Assembly (NCBI GenBank): GCA_965222075.1
Contig: OZ244937.1
Span: 448,001-512,000, forward strand
From: Candidatus Latescibacterota bacterium
Lineage (GTDB): Bacteria; Latescibacterota; UBA2968; GCA-2709665
Direction of reading: 5' to 3'
Length of the DNA: 64,000 bases
Part shown: one piece after another, positions 39,178 to 48,594 of the stretch
Layout of the letters: the number at the start of each line of letters is the position of its first letter
Numbering within the stretch: the stretch's first letter is position 1
Notes under the pieces: generated by a model
Database searches by the model: none
Told to the model about the DNA's origin: nothing
The model's input: only the letters and a program-made list of their open reading frames with translations
Translations under genes and position numbers: made by a program

Positions 39178-40191
39178 ATGTCGCCATTCGCCCGGTTCTC
39201 TATTGCGTTTTTGCTGCTGGCGACCCTGGTGGGAGGCGGCACGCTGGGCTATGCCTGGATCGAGGGGTGGCCGCTGTGGGACAGCCTGTACATGACAGTG
39301 ATTACGATTACCACCGTGGGCTACGGCGAGGTGCGTCCCCTGTCCGGAGGGGGGCAGCGGTTTACGGTTCTGCTTCTGATCTTCAGTCTGGGGGCAGTGG
39401 GATATTCAGCGACCACGCTGATCGGGTTTGTTTTCGAGGGCCAGATTGTCCAACTTATGCGGGGGCATCGGATGGAACGTACAATTTCAAAACTGAAAGA
39501 TCACTACATCATCTGCGGGTGCGGCGTGGTGGGCAAAGAGGTGGCGCTGGAGTTCAAGCAGGCCGGGGTGCCGTTTGTGATGGTGGATCGGGACCCCCGG
39601 CATTCGGAGCTGGGGCGGGACGAGTCGGTGCTTTTTGTGGAGGGGAATGCCGACGACGATGAGACGCTGATCGAGGCGGGCATCGAACGGTCAAAGGGGC
39701 TGATTGTGGTGATGCCGGACGATACGATCAACGTTTTCGTGGTGCTCTCGGCGCGGCAGTTGAAGTCGGATTTGACGATTGTGGCCCGTGCCGCAGAGGA
39801 GCAGACGATTGGCAAGCTGTTGAAGGCGGGGGCCGACAGGGTTATGTCGCCCTACCAGCTTGTGGGCCGCCGGATCGCGTCGGTGATCCTGCAGCCGTCG
39901 GTCGTGAATTTCCTGGATGTGGTGGTGGACAGGGGAGATATGGCGATGCGGCTGGAGGAGGTGAGGGTGAACGAAGCGTCGTTTCTGGTTGGCAAGCACC
40001 TGCAGGAGGCGAATATCAGCCAGCAGACCGGGGCGATTGTTGTGGGGATTCACGGGCTGGACGGACGGCTCCGCGTGGATATGTCGACAGAGGAGATGCT
40101 CTCGACGGCGACCCTGCAGGAGGGGGATGTGTTGATCGCTCTGGGCAGTGAAGATCAGCTGAGGCGCCTGAAGGAGATGGCTTCTGCCTGA
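39178..40191 (+). CDS. Potassium channel with RCK (TrkA-N/TrkA-C) domains
   Basis: TITTVGYGE selectivity filter, HYIICGCGVVG, AGADRVMSPY. Confidence 0.95.
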   Translation: MSPFARFSIAFLLLATLVGGGTLGYAWIEGWPLWDSLYMTVITITTVGYGEVRPLSGGGQRFTVLLLIFSLGAVGYSATTLIGFVFEGQIVQLMRGHRMERTISKLKDHYIICGCGVVGKEVALEFKQAGVPFVMVDRDPRHSELGRDESVLFVEGNADDDETLIEAGIERSKGLIVVMPDDTINVFVVLSARQLKSDLTIVARAAEEQTIGKLLKAGADRVMSPYQLVGRRIASVILQPSVVNFLDVVVDRGDMAMRLEEVRVNEASFLVGKHLQEANISQQTGAIVVGIHGLDGRLRVDMSTEEMLSTATLQEGDVLIALGSEDQLRRLKEMASA

Positions 40192-40220
40192 TTAAACCCG
40201 CTGCCGAATGCGTCGCCTGT

Positions 40221-40252
40221 ACCCCGGAAGTCGTTTTTTCGGGGGGTTTTTT
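40221..40252 (+). terminator. Probable rho-independent terminator
   Basis: CCCCGGAA...TTTCGGGG hairpin followed by a T run, 30 bp after the channel stop. Confidence 0.5.
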
Positions 40253-40494
40253 ATGGTGTTGTAAACTGTTGCAAACTGCAACACGCGCTGAAAATTGCAA
40301 CTTTTTTCGTTCCCGCCTTACAGCTTTCCCTATAACTACATTTATAAACAGGCAGTTATAAAATTCCTTCCGCATGGATTTGTTCTCCGGAGGGGTTTTT
40401 GTGTTGCATTTTGCGACAATTTCCCAAAATCCCGCTGCTCCCATATTCTGCCTAACTCGTTCAATGGAAATGAGTTAGGCAGATTTTTTATATT

Positions 40495-40510
40495 TGGCAC
40501 ACATTTTGCA
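40495..40510 (+). promoter_or_regulatory. Sigma-54 (-24/-12) promoter
   Basis: TGGCAC-ACATT-TTGCA exact consensus in an AT-rich intergenic region upstream of the first LRR gene. Confidence 0.68.
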
Positions 40511-40665
40511 TGTACATGTCGAAAAGATCGTGCCATCCATATCCATAGCAAAGCGACAAAATATGATCCGACTCAAAATAGGTCCAGTGCTCCCCGGTGT
40601 CATTCAGACTACCGATTTATGCAAATATAGACCATATAAGTGTAATAAAAACAGAAACTTACTTA

Positions 40666-40688
40666 CCCCCCCCCCCCCCCCCCCCCCC
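40666..40688. repeat. C23 homopolymer
   Basis: 23 consecutive C. Confidence 0.9.
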
Positions 40689-40799
40689 AATTTTGAGGGA
40701 GAGTGTTAGGGAACTAACAAAAGAGTTAACAGTCTGTCCGGTGAAGCTGTCAGCATCTCCGGACTCGCTGTGCATGATCGGAAAATGCCCACTCGCATT

Positions 40800-41090
40800 G
40801 CGGGTGGGTTTTATTTTGTCCATCGGAAATCCCTTTGGAAGTGGTGATGCGTAGAAGCCCATTTCTCTAAGTTTTGTCGTCGTATTCTGGTATGCGTTCG
40901 CACCTGCCTGTGCCGGGCACGGCAGACAGGTCGCTTTTTCAGCCTGAGGTTGCCAGTATTCAATTTTGTGAGCCCGTTTGGTCAACCGTCGGATAGACTC
41001 GTGGGTGGATAAGGCTGGGTCAAGCTGCGCCTCGACGACCCGCTTGACCTGGTGCCTGTCTGCGTGCAACGTGCATGCAGGCCCCTCCAC
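40800..41090 (-). pseudogene. Transposase C-terminal remnant (IS701-like) carrying two micro-insertions
   Basis: QVKRVVEAQLDP...RLTKRAHKIEYWQ...KLREMG resembles IS701 C-termini; family call from memory. Confidence 0.4.
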
Positions 41091-41111
41091 ATAATAGAAA
41101 GGAAGGAAACC

Positions 41112-44100
41112 ATGCGTAAGCTGCTGCTTCATCTGACCTGTTGGTTCGGCTCGGCACGTGTCTCAATCTTCGCAATTCTGTCCATCGCCCTTTTGATTCA
41201 CCCGCTGTCTCTTTCTTCACAGAACAGTTTTTCACTGTCTTTGGATGTGGATGGTACAGCAGGCGACCAGGGGGGCACGTCTCTGAATGTATCCCCTGAA
41301 AAAGTGGTTTCCATTCAGATTTTCGGCAGTGATCTTCAGGGGGCAACAGGTATTTCCGCTCGCTTTGAATACGGTGCGAGTCAGGTTGTTTACGAGGGGT
41401 TTGAGGGAGGCGACGTTTTGCCCAGTGCCCTGGTGCTTACGGGGCACGGCACGAATCCGACCTTTGTCACGATAAGCATGGTGTCTTCGGGTGGTCCCGC
41501 CACGGTCAATACGGGTCTGGTGGGCACGATTCGTTTTCGCACGTCGGCCACACTTTCGGGCACGACGATACGGCTGGTGGGTGCTGAGCTTGGCCGGGGC
41601 GGGCGCGTTGAAAGCGTGACGCTGAATGTCAGCGTTGCGTTGCAATCAGGTCCTTCTCCGGACTTTGACGGCGATGGTATGGTTGGTTTTACAGACTTTT
41701 TGCAATTTGCAGATAAATTCGGGTCAAGTCAGGGCGATGGGAAGTATGAAGCGCGGTTTGATCTGGATGGCGATGGGTCTATCGGGTTTTCAGATTTTCT
41801 CGAATTTGCGGCCCAGTTTGGGAAAAAAGTGCCGTCGCGCCTAAAGGCGGACCGCGAGGCGCTGGTGGCGCTGTACAATGCGACGGATGGGGACAATTGG
41901 ACGGACAAGACCAATTGGTTGACGGATAGCGACCTTTCGACCTGGTTTGGCGTCACGGTTTTGAACGGCCGGGTCACAGAACTGGACCTGGGGGAGAATA
42001 ATCTGACGGGCGAGGTCCCACCCCAATTGGGCAACCTGACCAGCCTTGACAGCCTGCGTCTTGACAGGAATCAATTGAGTGGCGCGATCCCATCCGAATT
42101 GGGCAACCTGTACAATTTGAAGGTGCTGAATCTTAGCTGGAATCGATTGGGTGGTGATATTCCCGTCGAGCTGGCCAACCTGTACAATTTGAAGGTGCTG
42201 AATCTTGACCGCCTTGAATCAGGTGGGAGCATTCCGTCTTTCTTAGGCAATATGACCAACCTTGAGACGCTGAGTCTTAGGAGCAATGCGTTGAGTGGTC
42301 CCATCCCGTCCTTCTTAGGCAACCTGGAAAACCTTGAGAGGCTGACTCTTACTCGCAATGCGTTGAGTGGTCCCATCCCGTCCTTCTTAGGCAACATGAC
42401 CAACCTGACGTTTCTATGGCTCGGTGGGAATGAGTTGAGTGGTCCCATTCCTGTGGAATTGGGCAACCTGGAAAACCTGGAGTCGCTGAGTCTTGGTGGC
42501 AATGCGTTGAGTGGTCCCATTCCGTCCTTCTTAGGCAACATGACCAACCTTAGGCAGCTGTATCTTAGTAGCAATCAGTTGAGTGGTGGGATTCCCGTGG
42601 AATTGGGCAACCTGGGAAACCTTGAGTGGCTGAATCTTAGGAACAATCAGTTGAGTGGTTCGATTCCATCCGAATTGGGCAACCTGGAAAACCTTGAGAG
42701 GCTGAGTCTTGGTGACACTCAGTTGAGCGGTTCGATTCCATCCGAATTGGGCAACCTGGAAAACCTGGAGTCGCTGGGCCTTGAGAACAATCAGTTGAGT
42801 GGTTCGATTCCATCCGAATTGGGCAACCTGGAAAACCTTGAGTGGCTAATTTTTCAGAACAATCAGTTGAGTGGTTCGATTCCATCCGAATTGGGCAACC
42901 TGGAAAACCTTGAGTCGCTGGGCCTTGACTGGAATAGATTGAGTGGTGAGATTCCCGTAGAATTGGGCAACCTGGAAAACCTGGAGTCGCTGGGTCTTGG
43001 TAACAATCAGTTGAGCGGTGGGATTCCTGTGGAATTGGGCAACCTGGAAAACCTTGAGTCGCTGGGTCTTTTTAAGAATCAGTTGAGTGGTGCGATTCCT
43101 GTGGAATTGGGCAACCTGTCCAATCTCACTTCCCTGATTCTTTGGGAGAATCAGTTGAGTGGTATGATTCCTGTGGAATTGGGCAACCTGGAAAACCTTG
43201 AGTGGCTGAATCTTGCCGACAATCAGTTGAGTGGTATGATTCCTCAGAGTCTGACAAGGCTGACAAAGCTGGGGGGATTTCACTTTGGGGGCGAGGGGGG
43301 GCTGTGTGCGCCGCTTGATGCGGCCTTTCAGACGTGGCTTCGGGGCATTGCAGATGCCAATGGCCCAAATTGCTTGAATCCGGCGACGCGTGAGGCGTTG
43401 GTGGCTTTGTACAATGCGACAGATGGAGACAATTGGACGAACAAGACCAATTGGCTCACTGACAATGACATTTCGACCTGGCATGGCGTTGGCGTTTCTA
43501 ACGGTTGGGTTACACACCTGGACATGAGAGATAATAATCTGACGGGTGAACTTCCCGTGGAATTGGGCAACCTGACCAACCTTGAGACTCTGCATCTTCC
43601 CGAAAATGCGTTGAGTGGTGAGATACCCGTGGAATTGGGTAACCTGGCCAACCTCACGCACCTGTGGCTTTACAATAATGCGTTGAGCGGTTCGATACCC
43701 GTGGAATTGGGCGGTCTGGACAGCCTCAAGGTACTGGAGCTTGGCGCGAATCAATTGAGTGGTGAGATACCAGAGGAATTGGGCAAACTGTCCAACCTTG
43801 AGGCGCTGCGTTTTGGTAGCAATGCGTTGAGTGGTGAAATTCCAGAGGAATTGGGCAATCTGACCAACCTTACTAATCTGGGTCTTGACAACAATGAGTT
43901 GAGTGGTGAGATACCCGTGGAATTGGCCAACCTGTCCAACCTTACGGTGCTATTGCTTTGGAACAATCAGTTGAGTGGTGCGATTCCTGTGGAGTTGAGC
44001 AACCTGACCAACCTGAAGGATCTGAATCTTGGCGGCAATCAGTTGAGTGGTGCGATTCCTGTGGAGTTGAGCAACCTGACCAATCTCACTCACTTGAGTT

Positions 44101-44558
44101 TTTGGAACAATCAGTTGAGTGGTACGATTCCCGTGGCATTGGGCAACCTGACCAATCTCACTGAACTGCATCTTAACGAAAATCAGTTGAGTGGTGCGCT
44201 TCCTGTCAAATTGGCCAACCTGTCCAACCTGAAGATGCTGTCTCTTGGCGGCAATCAGTTGAGTGGTACGATTCCCGTGGAATTAGGCAACCTGGCCAAT
44301 CTCACGCATCTGTGGCTTCACAGCAATGCGTTGAGCGGTGCGCTTCCCGTGGAATTGGGCAACTTGACCAATCTCACTGAACTGCATCTTAACGACAATC
44401 AGTTGAGTGGTGCGCTACCTCAGAGCCTCACAAGGCTCACAAAGCTGGAGAAATTTCACTTTGGGGGCGAGGGGGGGCTATGTGCGCCGCTTGATTCGGC
44501 CTTTCAGACGTGGCTTCGGGGCATTGAAGAGACCGGCGGTCCGAATTGCTCAAGTTAG
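41112..44558 (+). CDS. Secreted cohesin-like + dockerin/EF-hand + two-block plant-type LRR protein
   Basis: Signal peptide, beta-sandwich, paired DFDGDGMVGFTDF/DLDGDGSIGFSDF; two capped LRR blocks of about 18 and 13 24-aa units (LxxLxLxxNxLSGxIPxELGNL). Confidence 0.9.
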   Translation: MRKLLLHLTCWFGSARVSIFAILSIALLIHPLSLSSQNSFSLSLDVDGTAGDQGGTSLNVSPEKVVSIQIFGSDLQGATGISARFEYGASQVVYEGFEGGDVLPSALVLTGHGTNPTFVTISMVSSGGPATVNTGLVGTIRFRTSATLSGTTIRLVGAELGRGGRVESVTLNVSVALQSGPSPDFDGDGMVGFTDFLQFADKFGSSQGDGKYEARFDLDGDGSIGFSDFLEFAAQFGKKVPSRLKADREALVALYNATDGDNWTDKTNWLTDSDLSTWFGVTVLNGRVTELDLGENNLTGEVPPQLGNLTSLDSLRLDRNQLSGAIPSELGNLYNLKVLNLSWNRLGGDIPVELANLYNLKVLNLDRLESGGSIPSFLGNMTNLETLSLRSNALSGPIPSFLGNLENLERLTLTRNALSGPIPSFLGNMTNLTFLWLGGNELSGPIPVELGNLENLESLSLGGNALSGPIPSFLGNMTNLRQLYLSSNQLSGGIPVELGNLGNLEWLNLRNNQLSGSIPSELGNLENLERLSLGDTQLSGSIPSELGNLENLESLGLENNQLSGSIPSELGNLENLEWLIFQNNQLSGSIPSELGNLENLESLGLDWNRLSGEIPVELGNLENLESLGLGNNQLSGGIPVELGNLENLESLGLFKNQLSGAIPVELGNLSNLTSLILWENQLSGMIPVELGNLENLEWLNLADNQLSGMIPQSLTRLTKLGGFHFGGEGGLCAPLDAAFQTWLRGIADANGPNCLNPATREALVALYNATDGDNWTNKTNWLTDNDISTWHGVGVSNGWVTHLDMRDNNLTGELPVELGNLTNLETLHLPENALSGEIPVELGNLANLTHLWLYNNALSGSIPVELGGLDSLKVLELGANQLSGEIPEELGKLSNLEALRFGSNALSGEIPEELGNLTNLTNLGLDNNELSGEIPVELANLSNLTVLLLWNNQLSGAIPVELSNLTNLKDLNLGGNQLSGAIPVELSNLTNLTHLSFWNNQLSGTIPVALGNLTNLTELHLNENQLSGALPVKLANLSNLKMLSLGGNQLSGTIPVELGNLANLTHLWLHSNALSGALPVELGNLTNLTELHLNDNQLSGALPQSLTRLTKLEKFHFGGEGGLCAPLDSAFQTWLRGIEETGGPNCSS

Positions 44559-44668
44559 GCGTCGCTCGGGCGGATTACAAACCGTTCGCCTGACTCCGCG
44601 TGTTAAGTTCGTGTAAAAAAAATTGGGGTTCTTTGGCATACACCCGTGTAGAACAGGAGGAAAGCGTT

Positions 44669-45478
44669 ATGAAACGTGTGGTGGTATTCGCTCTGTGTCT
44701 GGGCCTCGCCGCGGCAGGGTCGGTCACTGCCGGTGAGATGACCAGCGGGCTGGAGATGAACGGCGGTCCGAATGCGTTTGCAGGTTTGAAGCTGGAACGG
44801 GTGCAGGATGGGACGCAGAAAGAGGGCGTGTTAAAGCTTCAGGTGACGATGGACCAGATCAAGGACCTGAAGGGCTACGGATTTGTGCTCCAGTTCGATC
44901 CGGCCAGGTACGAGTTTGTAGGGGTCAAAGAGGCTGTCGATAACCTTCTGAGTACGGGCAGCGGGCAGCCGACTCTGTTTCTCTCCGCCAGCCAATCGCC
45001 CGGCCAGGTGGCGGTGGGGGCGATGAAGGTGGACGGTCAGGCCGTAACCGGTGAAGGCAGGCTGCTGGAGGTGACGTTTAAGACCGTAGACGTGCCCCAG
45101 CCCACCGATTTTCAGATTGCCGAGGGGGTGCTGATCGATGTGGAGGGGAACATCGATCCGATCCACCACCTTGAGGTTGGCAACCTGAAGCCGCTGCCGG
45201 ACAGCTTTGGTCTGGATCAGAATATGCCCAATCCGTTCAACCCTTCCACGACCATCGGATATCAGTTGCCAGAGTCGGGGCAGGTCCATCTGGGGGTTTA
45301 CAACCTGCTGGGGCAGGAGGTTCGGACCATGGTCAGTGGAACCCTGGATGCGGGGTATTACACGCTGGATTGGGACGGGAGGGACAATTTCGGGCGTCAG
45401 CTGGCCAGTGGGATCTACCTGTACCGGATGCGGGTCAACGATTTTAGTGAGACGCGCCGGATGATGCTTTTAAAGTAA
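44669..45478 (+). CDS. Cohesin-like domain protein with C-terminal FlgD-Ig (T9SS-CTD-like) domain
   Basis: Signal peptide; DLKGYGFVLQFDP...GEGRLLEVTFK; LDQNMPNPFNPSTTIGY...WDGRD...LASGIYLYRM...MMLLK. Confidence 0.85.
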   Translation: MKRVVVFALCLGLAAAGSVTAGEMTSGLEMNGGPNAFAGLKLERVQDGTQKEGVLKLQVTMDQIKDLKGYGFVLQFDPARYEFVGVKEAVDNLLSTGSGQPTLFLSASQSPGQVAVGAMKVDGQAVTGEGRLLEVTFKTVDVPQPTDFQIAEGVLIDVEGNIDPIHHLEVGNLKPLPDSFGLDQNMPNPFNPSTTIGYQLPESGQVHLGVYNLLGQEVRTMVSGTLDAGYYTLDWDGRDNFGRQLASGIYLYRMRVNDFSETRRMMLLK

Positions 45479-45522
45479 AGGATCGGGGCACAGTACACGA
45501 CAAAACCTAATCCTTAAACAAG

Positions 45523-45827
45523 TGTCAACAACGATTTGGTTTTCGACAGATCCACCGGTTTAGAATTGTCATCGTGGTAGGGGCGCCCCTTGTGGGCGCC
45601 CGCCCCCCCTTGCTGGCTATCTTGAAGGAGTTGGAGAAGGGAGACTCGTAACGATGTCCAGGTCCGACAAACAGCCCTGCCTGCCGAGTCAGGGGCATCG
45701 ATGCCGGGTAATGCCGACGCCTGCCTGCGCCGAGTCCTGCTCGGCAGGCAGGGAGGAAAGGGGCCTGACTTCGGACACGCTTGGGAAGGGGACAAAGGTC
45801 TGGAGAGTGGCGCAAGCCTATAACCTC
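45523..45827. repeat. Composite dispersed repeat containing a GTAG-type REP
   Basis: 45523-45602 matches 50339-50418; 45563-45673 matches 50813-50923; 45649-45827 matches 59524-59706. Confidence 0.9.
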
Positions 45828-45854
45828 CAAAGAAAGACGAGGCGATCCCGGAAC

Positions 45855-46103
45855 AAGCTTGGCCTTCAGGTGAAGCCGAAGTGGCGTGTGCCTGTAGGCG
45901 ACGGCCGTCGGAACGCCGGATGCGGGAAATCCGCACGTCCGGTTCGTGGCCGGTGAGCGTGTCGAACCGACGAGCGGGACGTGGAAACGGGGCATGGAGA
46001 GGCTATTGAGGCACCGTTAGACGAAAGGGTGTGACGGTGAGCGTGTCGAACCGCGGAAACAGATAGGCCGCTCCTAAACCACCGCGCCACATCTCGACTC
46101 TAC
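45855..46103 (+). mobile_element. Group II intron 3' remnant (domains V and VI), no RT ORF
   Basis: GGAACGCCGGATGCGGGAAATCCGCACGTCCGGTTC[ins]GACGAGCGGG is domain V; ends CCACATCTCGACTCTAC. Confidence 0.85.
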
Positions 46104-46200
46104 CGGCTTTACCTCGTGGGGTCCACGGGGCGGCGCTCCCTGGACGTTTCTATTTGGAAAGGCCCGTTTTGTGCCAACATTCGGAAAAGGAGAGAAGCTG

Positions 46201-46311
46201 CTAGTGGTCAGTTTCAGAAGTCCACATGAAGGAAAAATGTCGCAGAATCACACGGAATTACTCAGAAGGAATCCACAGAAACTCATACGAACTTGAGAAA
46301 TCGACCACTAG
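46201..46311. mobile_element. MITE with imperfect 29-bp terminal inverted repeats bounded by CTAG
   Basis: Left CTAGTGGTCAGTTTCAGAAGTCCACATGA versus reverse complement of right end CTAGTGGTCGATTTCTCAAGTTCGTATGA. Confidence 0.72.
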
Positions 46312-46351
46312 GGATAACGGAATCCTAAGTCACTTACGATGGAGGTTTGCG

Positions 46352-48376
46352 ATGAATTTTAACGACAATCCAATTGAAGAGAGCCAGCAAGATAGTATCG
46401 ACAGAACTGCTCTCGCTGAAAAATTCGCTCAGCAAGTACTGGATCTTGATGCCTCCAATGGGATCGTAGTGGGCGTCCTTGGTCCTTGGGGTTCCGGAAA
46501 AACATCCTTCGTCAATCTAGCACGGAGAGAGTTCAATGAGAGGGAAATTCCGATACTCGAATTTAACCCTTGGATGTTTAGCAATACGGGGCAACTCGTT
46601 AAATCGTTCTTTGCCGAGTTCGTGGCGCAACTAGAGCTAAGAAATGATGACGACCTTGCCAAAATAGGTGCAGCTATATTGAATTACGCTCCGTTATTCC
46701 TTAGCCTGTTGCCCGGGGGCCAAATTGTCGGCACCTTTGCGAGATTAGCAGGTGATACTATTGGCCGTCGGAACAGAAGTGTTGAGCATGAGCGGAGCGA
46801 GATCGAAGAAGCGCTTTCTGGACTCGACAAACCGATTATTGTGTTACTTGATGACGTTGACCGATTGACCACATCGGAGATCCGAGATGTATTTAAGCTG
46901 GTTCGCTTGATTGCCAACTTCCCGAACGTCATTTACATCGTAGTTTTTGACCGAGACCGCGTCGAGCGTGCACTGGATGAGCGTGGTATAAAGGGTCGGG
47001 ACTACATCGAGAAAATCCTTCAATTTTCTGCAGATTTGCCGGTAGTGTCCCGTCACGTACTCTGCCAGCAGATTCGCTCAGCAATTGTTAGTGCTCTCAA
47101 CGAAGTTGATGATCCCGGCCCGTTTGATGAGCAGGTCTGGTCTGGTGTCTTGCAGCGGGTCGTCGCTCCACTAATCCAAAACATGCGAGACGTTAACCGA
47201 TATTCAGTTTCTATTCACACTGCTATAAGATCTCTTGAAGGGCGAATTCAGCTAGCCGACCTTTTCGCACTCGAAGCCGTTCGCATGTTTCTTCCGGATG
47301 TTTTCAAGCTCCTACACGGCTCTATCGATGACCTAACGAGCCCTAGAGATCCCAACAATGGACACGGTGCTTCCACGCCGCCGGCACACCCTACGGTAAT
47401 CGTCAAGGCCTTAATTAAAGCCGCCGGCGATCAGAAACAACATGTCGTTGAAAGTATGATTGAACTACTCTTTCCGGCTGCAGCACACAATGTCGGTGGC
47501 AGTGCCTTCCAAGGGGAAGGGACTAAAGAGTGGCTTAAGGAGCGTCGCATCGCGTATCCGGACATCTTGAAGCTCTATCTGGAGCGTCGCGTTAGCGAAC
47601 ACTTGCAAGCGTTCATTGACTCAGAACGGGCATGGGAAAGAATGCATGAACTCAATGACTTCGAGGAGAATTTGAACACTCTCAATCCGGCAAATATACA
47701 TAACGTGATTGCATTGCTAGAGTTGTTCGAAGACCAATTCACCTCAAATCATGTTATACCAGGTATTACCGTTCTACTCAATCTTTTTTCGGCTCCCGAA
47801 TGCCGCCGGGAAAAATACGACTTGTCTCTCAGCGATACGGTAAATCGCATCACAGGTCGGTTGTTAAGATCTCTGGATGACCATCAGAAACTCAACGAAG
47901 CAATACACGACACGTTAGGCAATTTAAGGTCATTGTCGTCCAAATGGAAACTCATCACCATCGTCGGACACCGAGAGAAGACGGGGCAAAAGCTGGTATC
48001 GGAGGATAAAGCGTTGGAACACGAGAAAGATTGGCGTGTTGAAGTCCGAAGAGCCCGAGTCGACAATCTTTTGAAGGAGTATGACCTCTTCCGAATTCTC
48101 CTTGATACGAAGCACGACGCTGCTCCTTCAGAAGACCCGCTAGCAATCGACGACTCACCGGAGATGACGTTTGCCCTACTTTATACTGCTCAGAGAGAGA
48201 CCAAAAATCAAGCAATTCAGAGTTCCGCCTGGAAAAATCTAATCTTTCTGTACAACAATGAGGACAAGTTGATAACGCAGGTTCAAAATCTGCGCAGTGC
48301 AGATCCAGAGAGATTCTGTAACTATATCAGACTTGCGAACGAATACCTCTCACCAGGGGGTCGAGGTGTTCCATAG
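46352..48376 (+). CDS. KAP-family P-loop NTPase (possible phage defence)
   Basis: DNPI...D.IDR, GPWGSGKTS, FNPWMF, LLDDVDRL, YIEKILQ; GGAGG RBS; lower GC. Confidence 0.9.
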   Translation: MNFNDNPIEESQQDSIDRTALAEKFAQQVLDLDASNGIVVGVLGPWGSGKTSFVNLARREFNEREIPILEFNPWMFSNTGQLVKSFFAEFVAQLELRNDDDLAKIGAAILNYAPLFLSLLPGGQIVGTFARLAGDTIGRRNRSVEHERSEIEEALSGLDKPIIVLLDDVDRLTTSEIRDVFKLVRLIANFPNVIYIVVFDRDRVERALDERGIKGRDYIEKILQFSADLPVVSRHVLCQQIRSAIVSALNEVDDPGPFDEQVWSGVLQRVVAPLIQNMRDVNRYSVSIHTAIRSLEGRIQLADLFALEAVRMFLPDVFKLLHGSIDDLTSPRDPNNGHGASTPPAHPTVIVKALIKAAGDQKQHVVESMIELLFPAAAHNVGGSAFQGEGTKEWLKERRIAYPDILKLYLERRVSEHLQAFIDSERAWERMHELNDFEENLNTLNPANIHNVIALLELFEDQFTSNHVIPGITVLLNLFSAPECRREKYDLSLSDTVNRITGRLLRSLDDHQKLNEAIHDTLGNLRSLSSKWKLITIVGHREKTGQKLVSEDKALEHEKDWRVEVRRARVDNLLKEYDLFRILLDTKHDAAPSEDPLAIDDSPEMTFALLYTAQRETKNQAIQSSAWKNLIFLYNNEDKLITQVQNLRSADPERFCNYIRLANEYLSPGGRGVP

Positions 48377-48594
48377 ACGAATCGTTCGGCGTGCCTGCGA
48401 TAGACGTGGTTGAGCACCTGTTGTCTGGCGGTTTGAGTCCGCCGTGTCACGCCGTCGTGCGCGGTGTCGTGCGTCCTGAGAACCGGAGAAGTGCCCCGGG
48501 TATGATGTCTTCAGCTGTGGCATAATCGCCAAGAGTTTGCTGTACCTGCTTTCGATGCCGCGCCAGAAATCGTAATGTATCTACTTAGTGGCTA

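Noticed and set aside
42600-43250. Constant ~54 bp plus variable ~18 bp periodicity resembling a CRISPR array (also 55200-56600)
   Set aside because: The period is exactly 72 bp, in frame within long ORFs encoding LRRs; the repeat/spacer proportions are wrong and there are no cas genes.
44554-44610. GTTAGGC...GCCTGAC after both LRR genes as an integron attC site
   Set aside because: The core sites are in the reverse order to RYYYAAC...GTTRRRY, there are no clear L boxes, and no integrase is present. Treated as a degenerate palindrome.
46226-46351. N-terminal extension of the KAP ORF in the ORF track
   Set aside because: It runs through the MITE; the GGAGG RBS and family N-terminus support ATG 46352.
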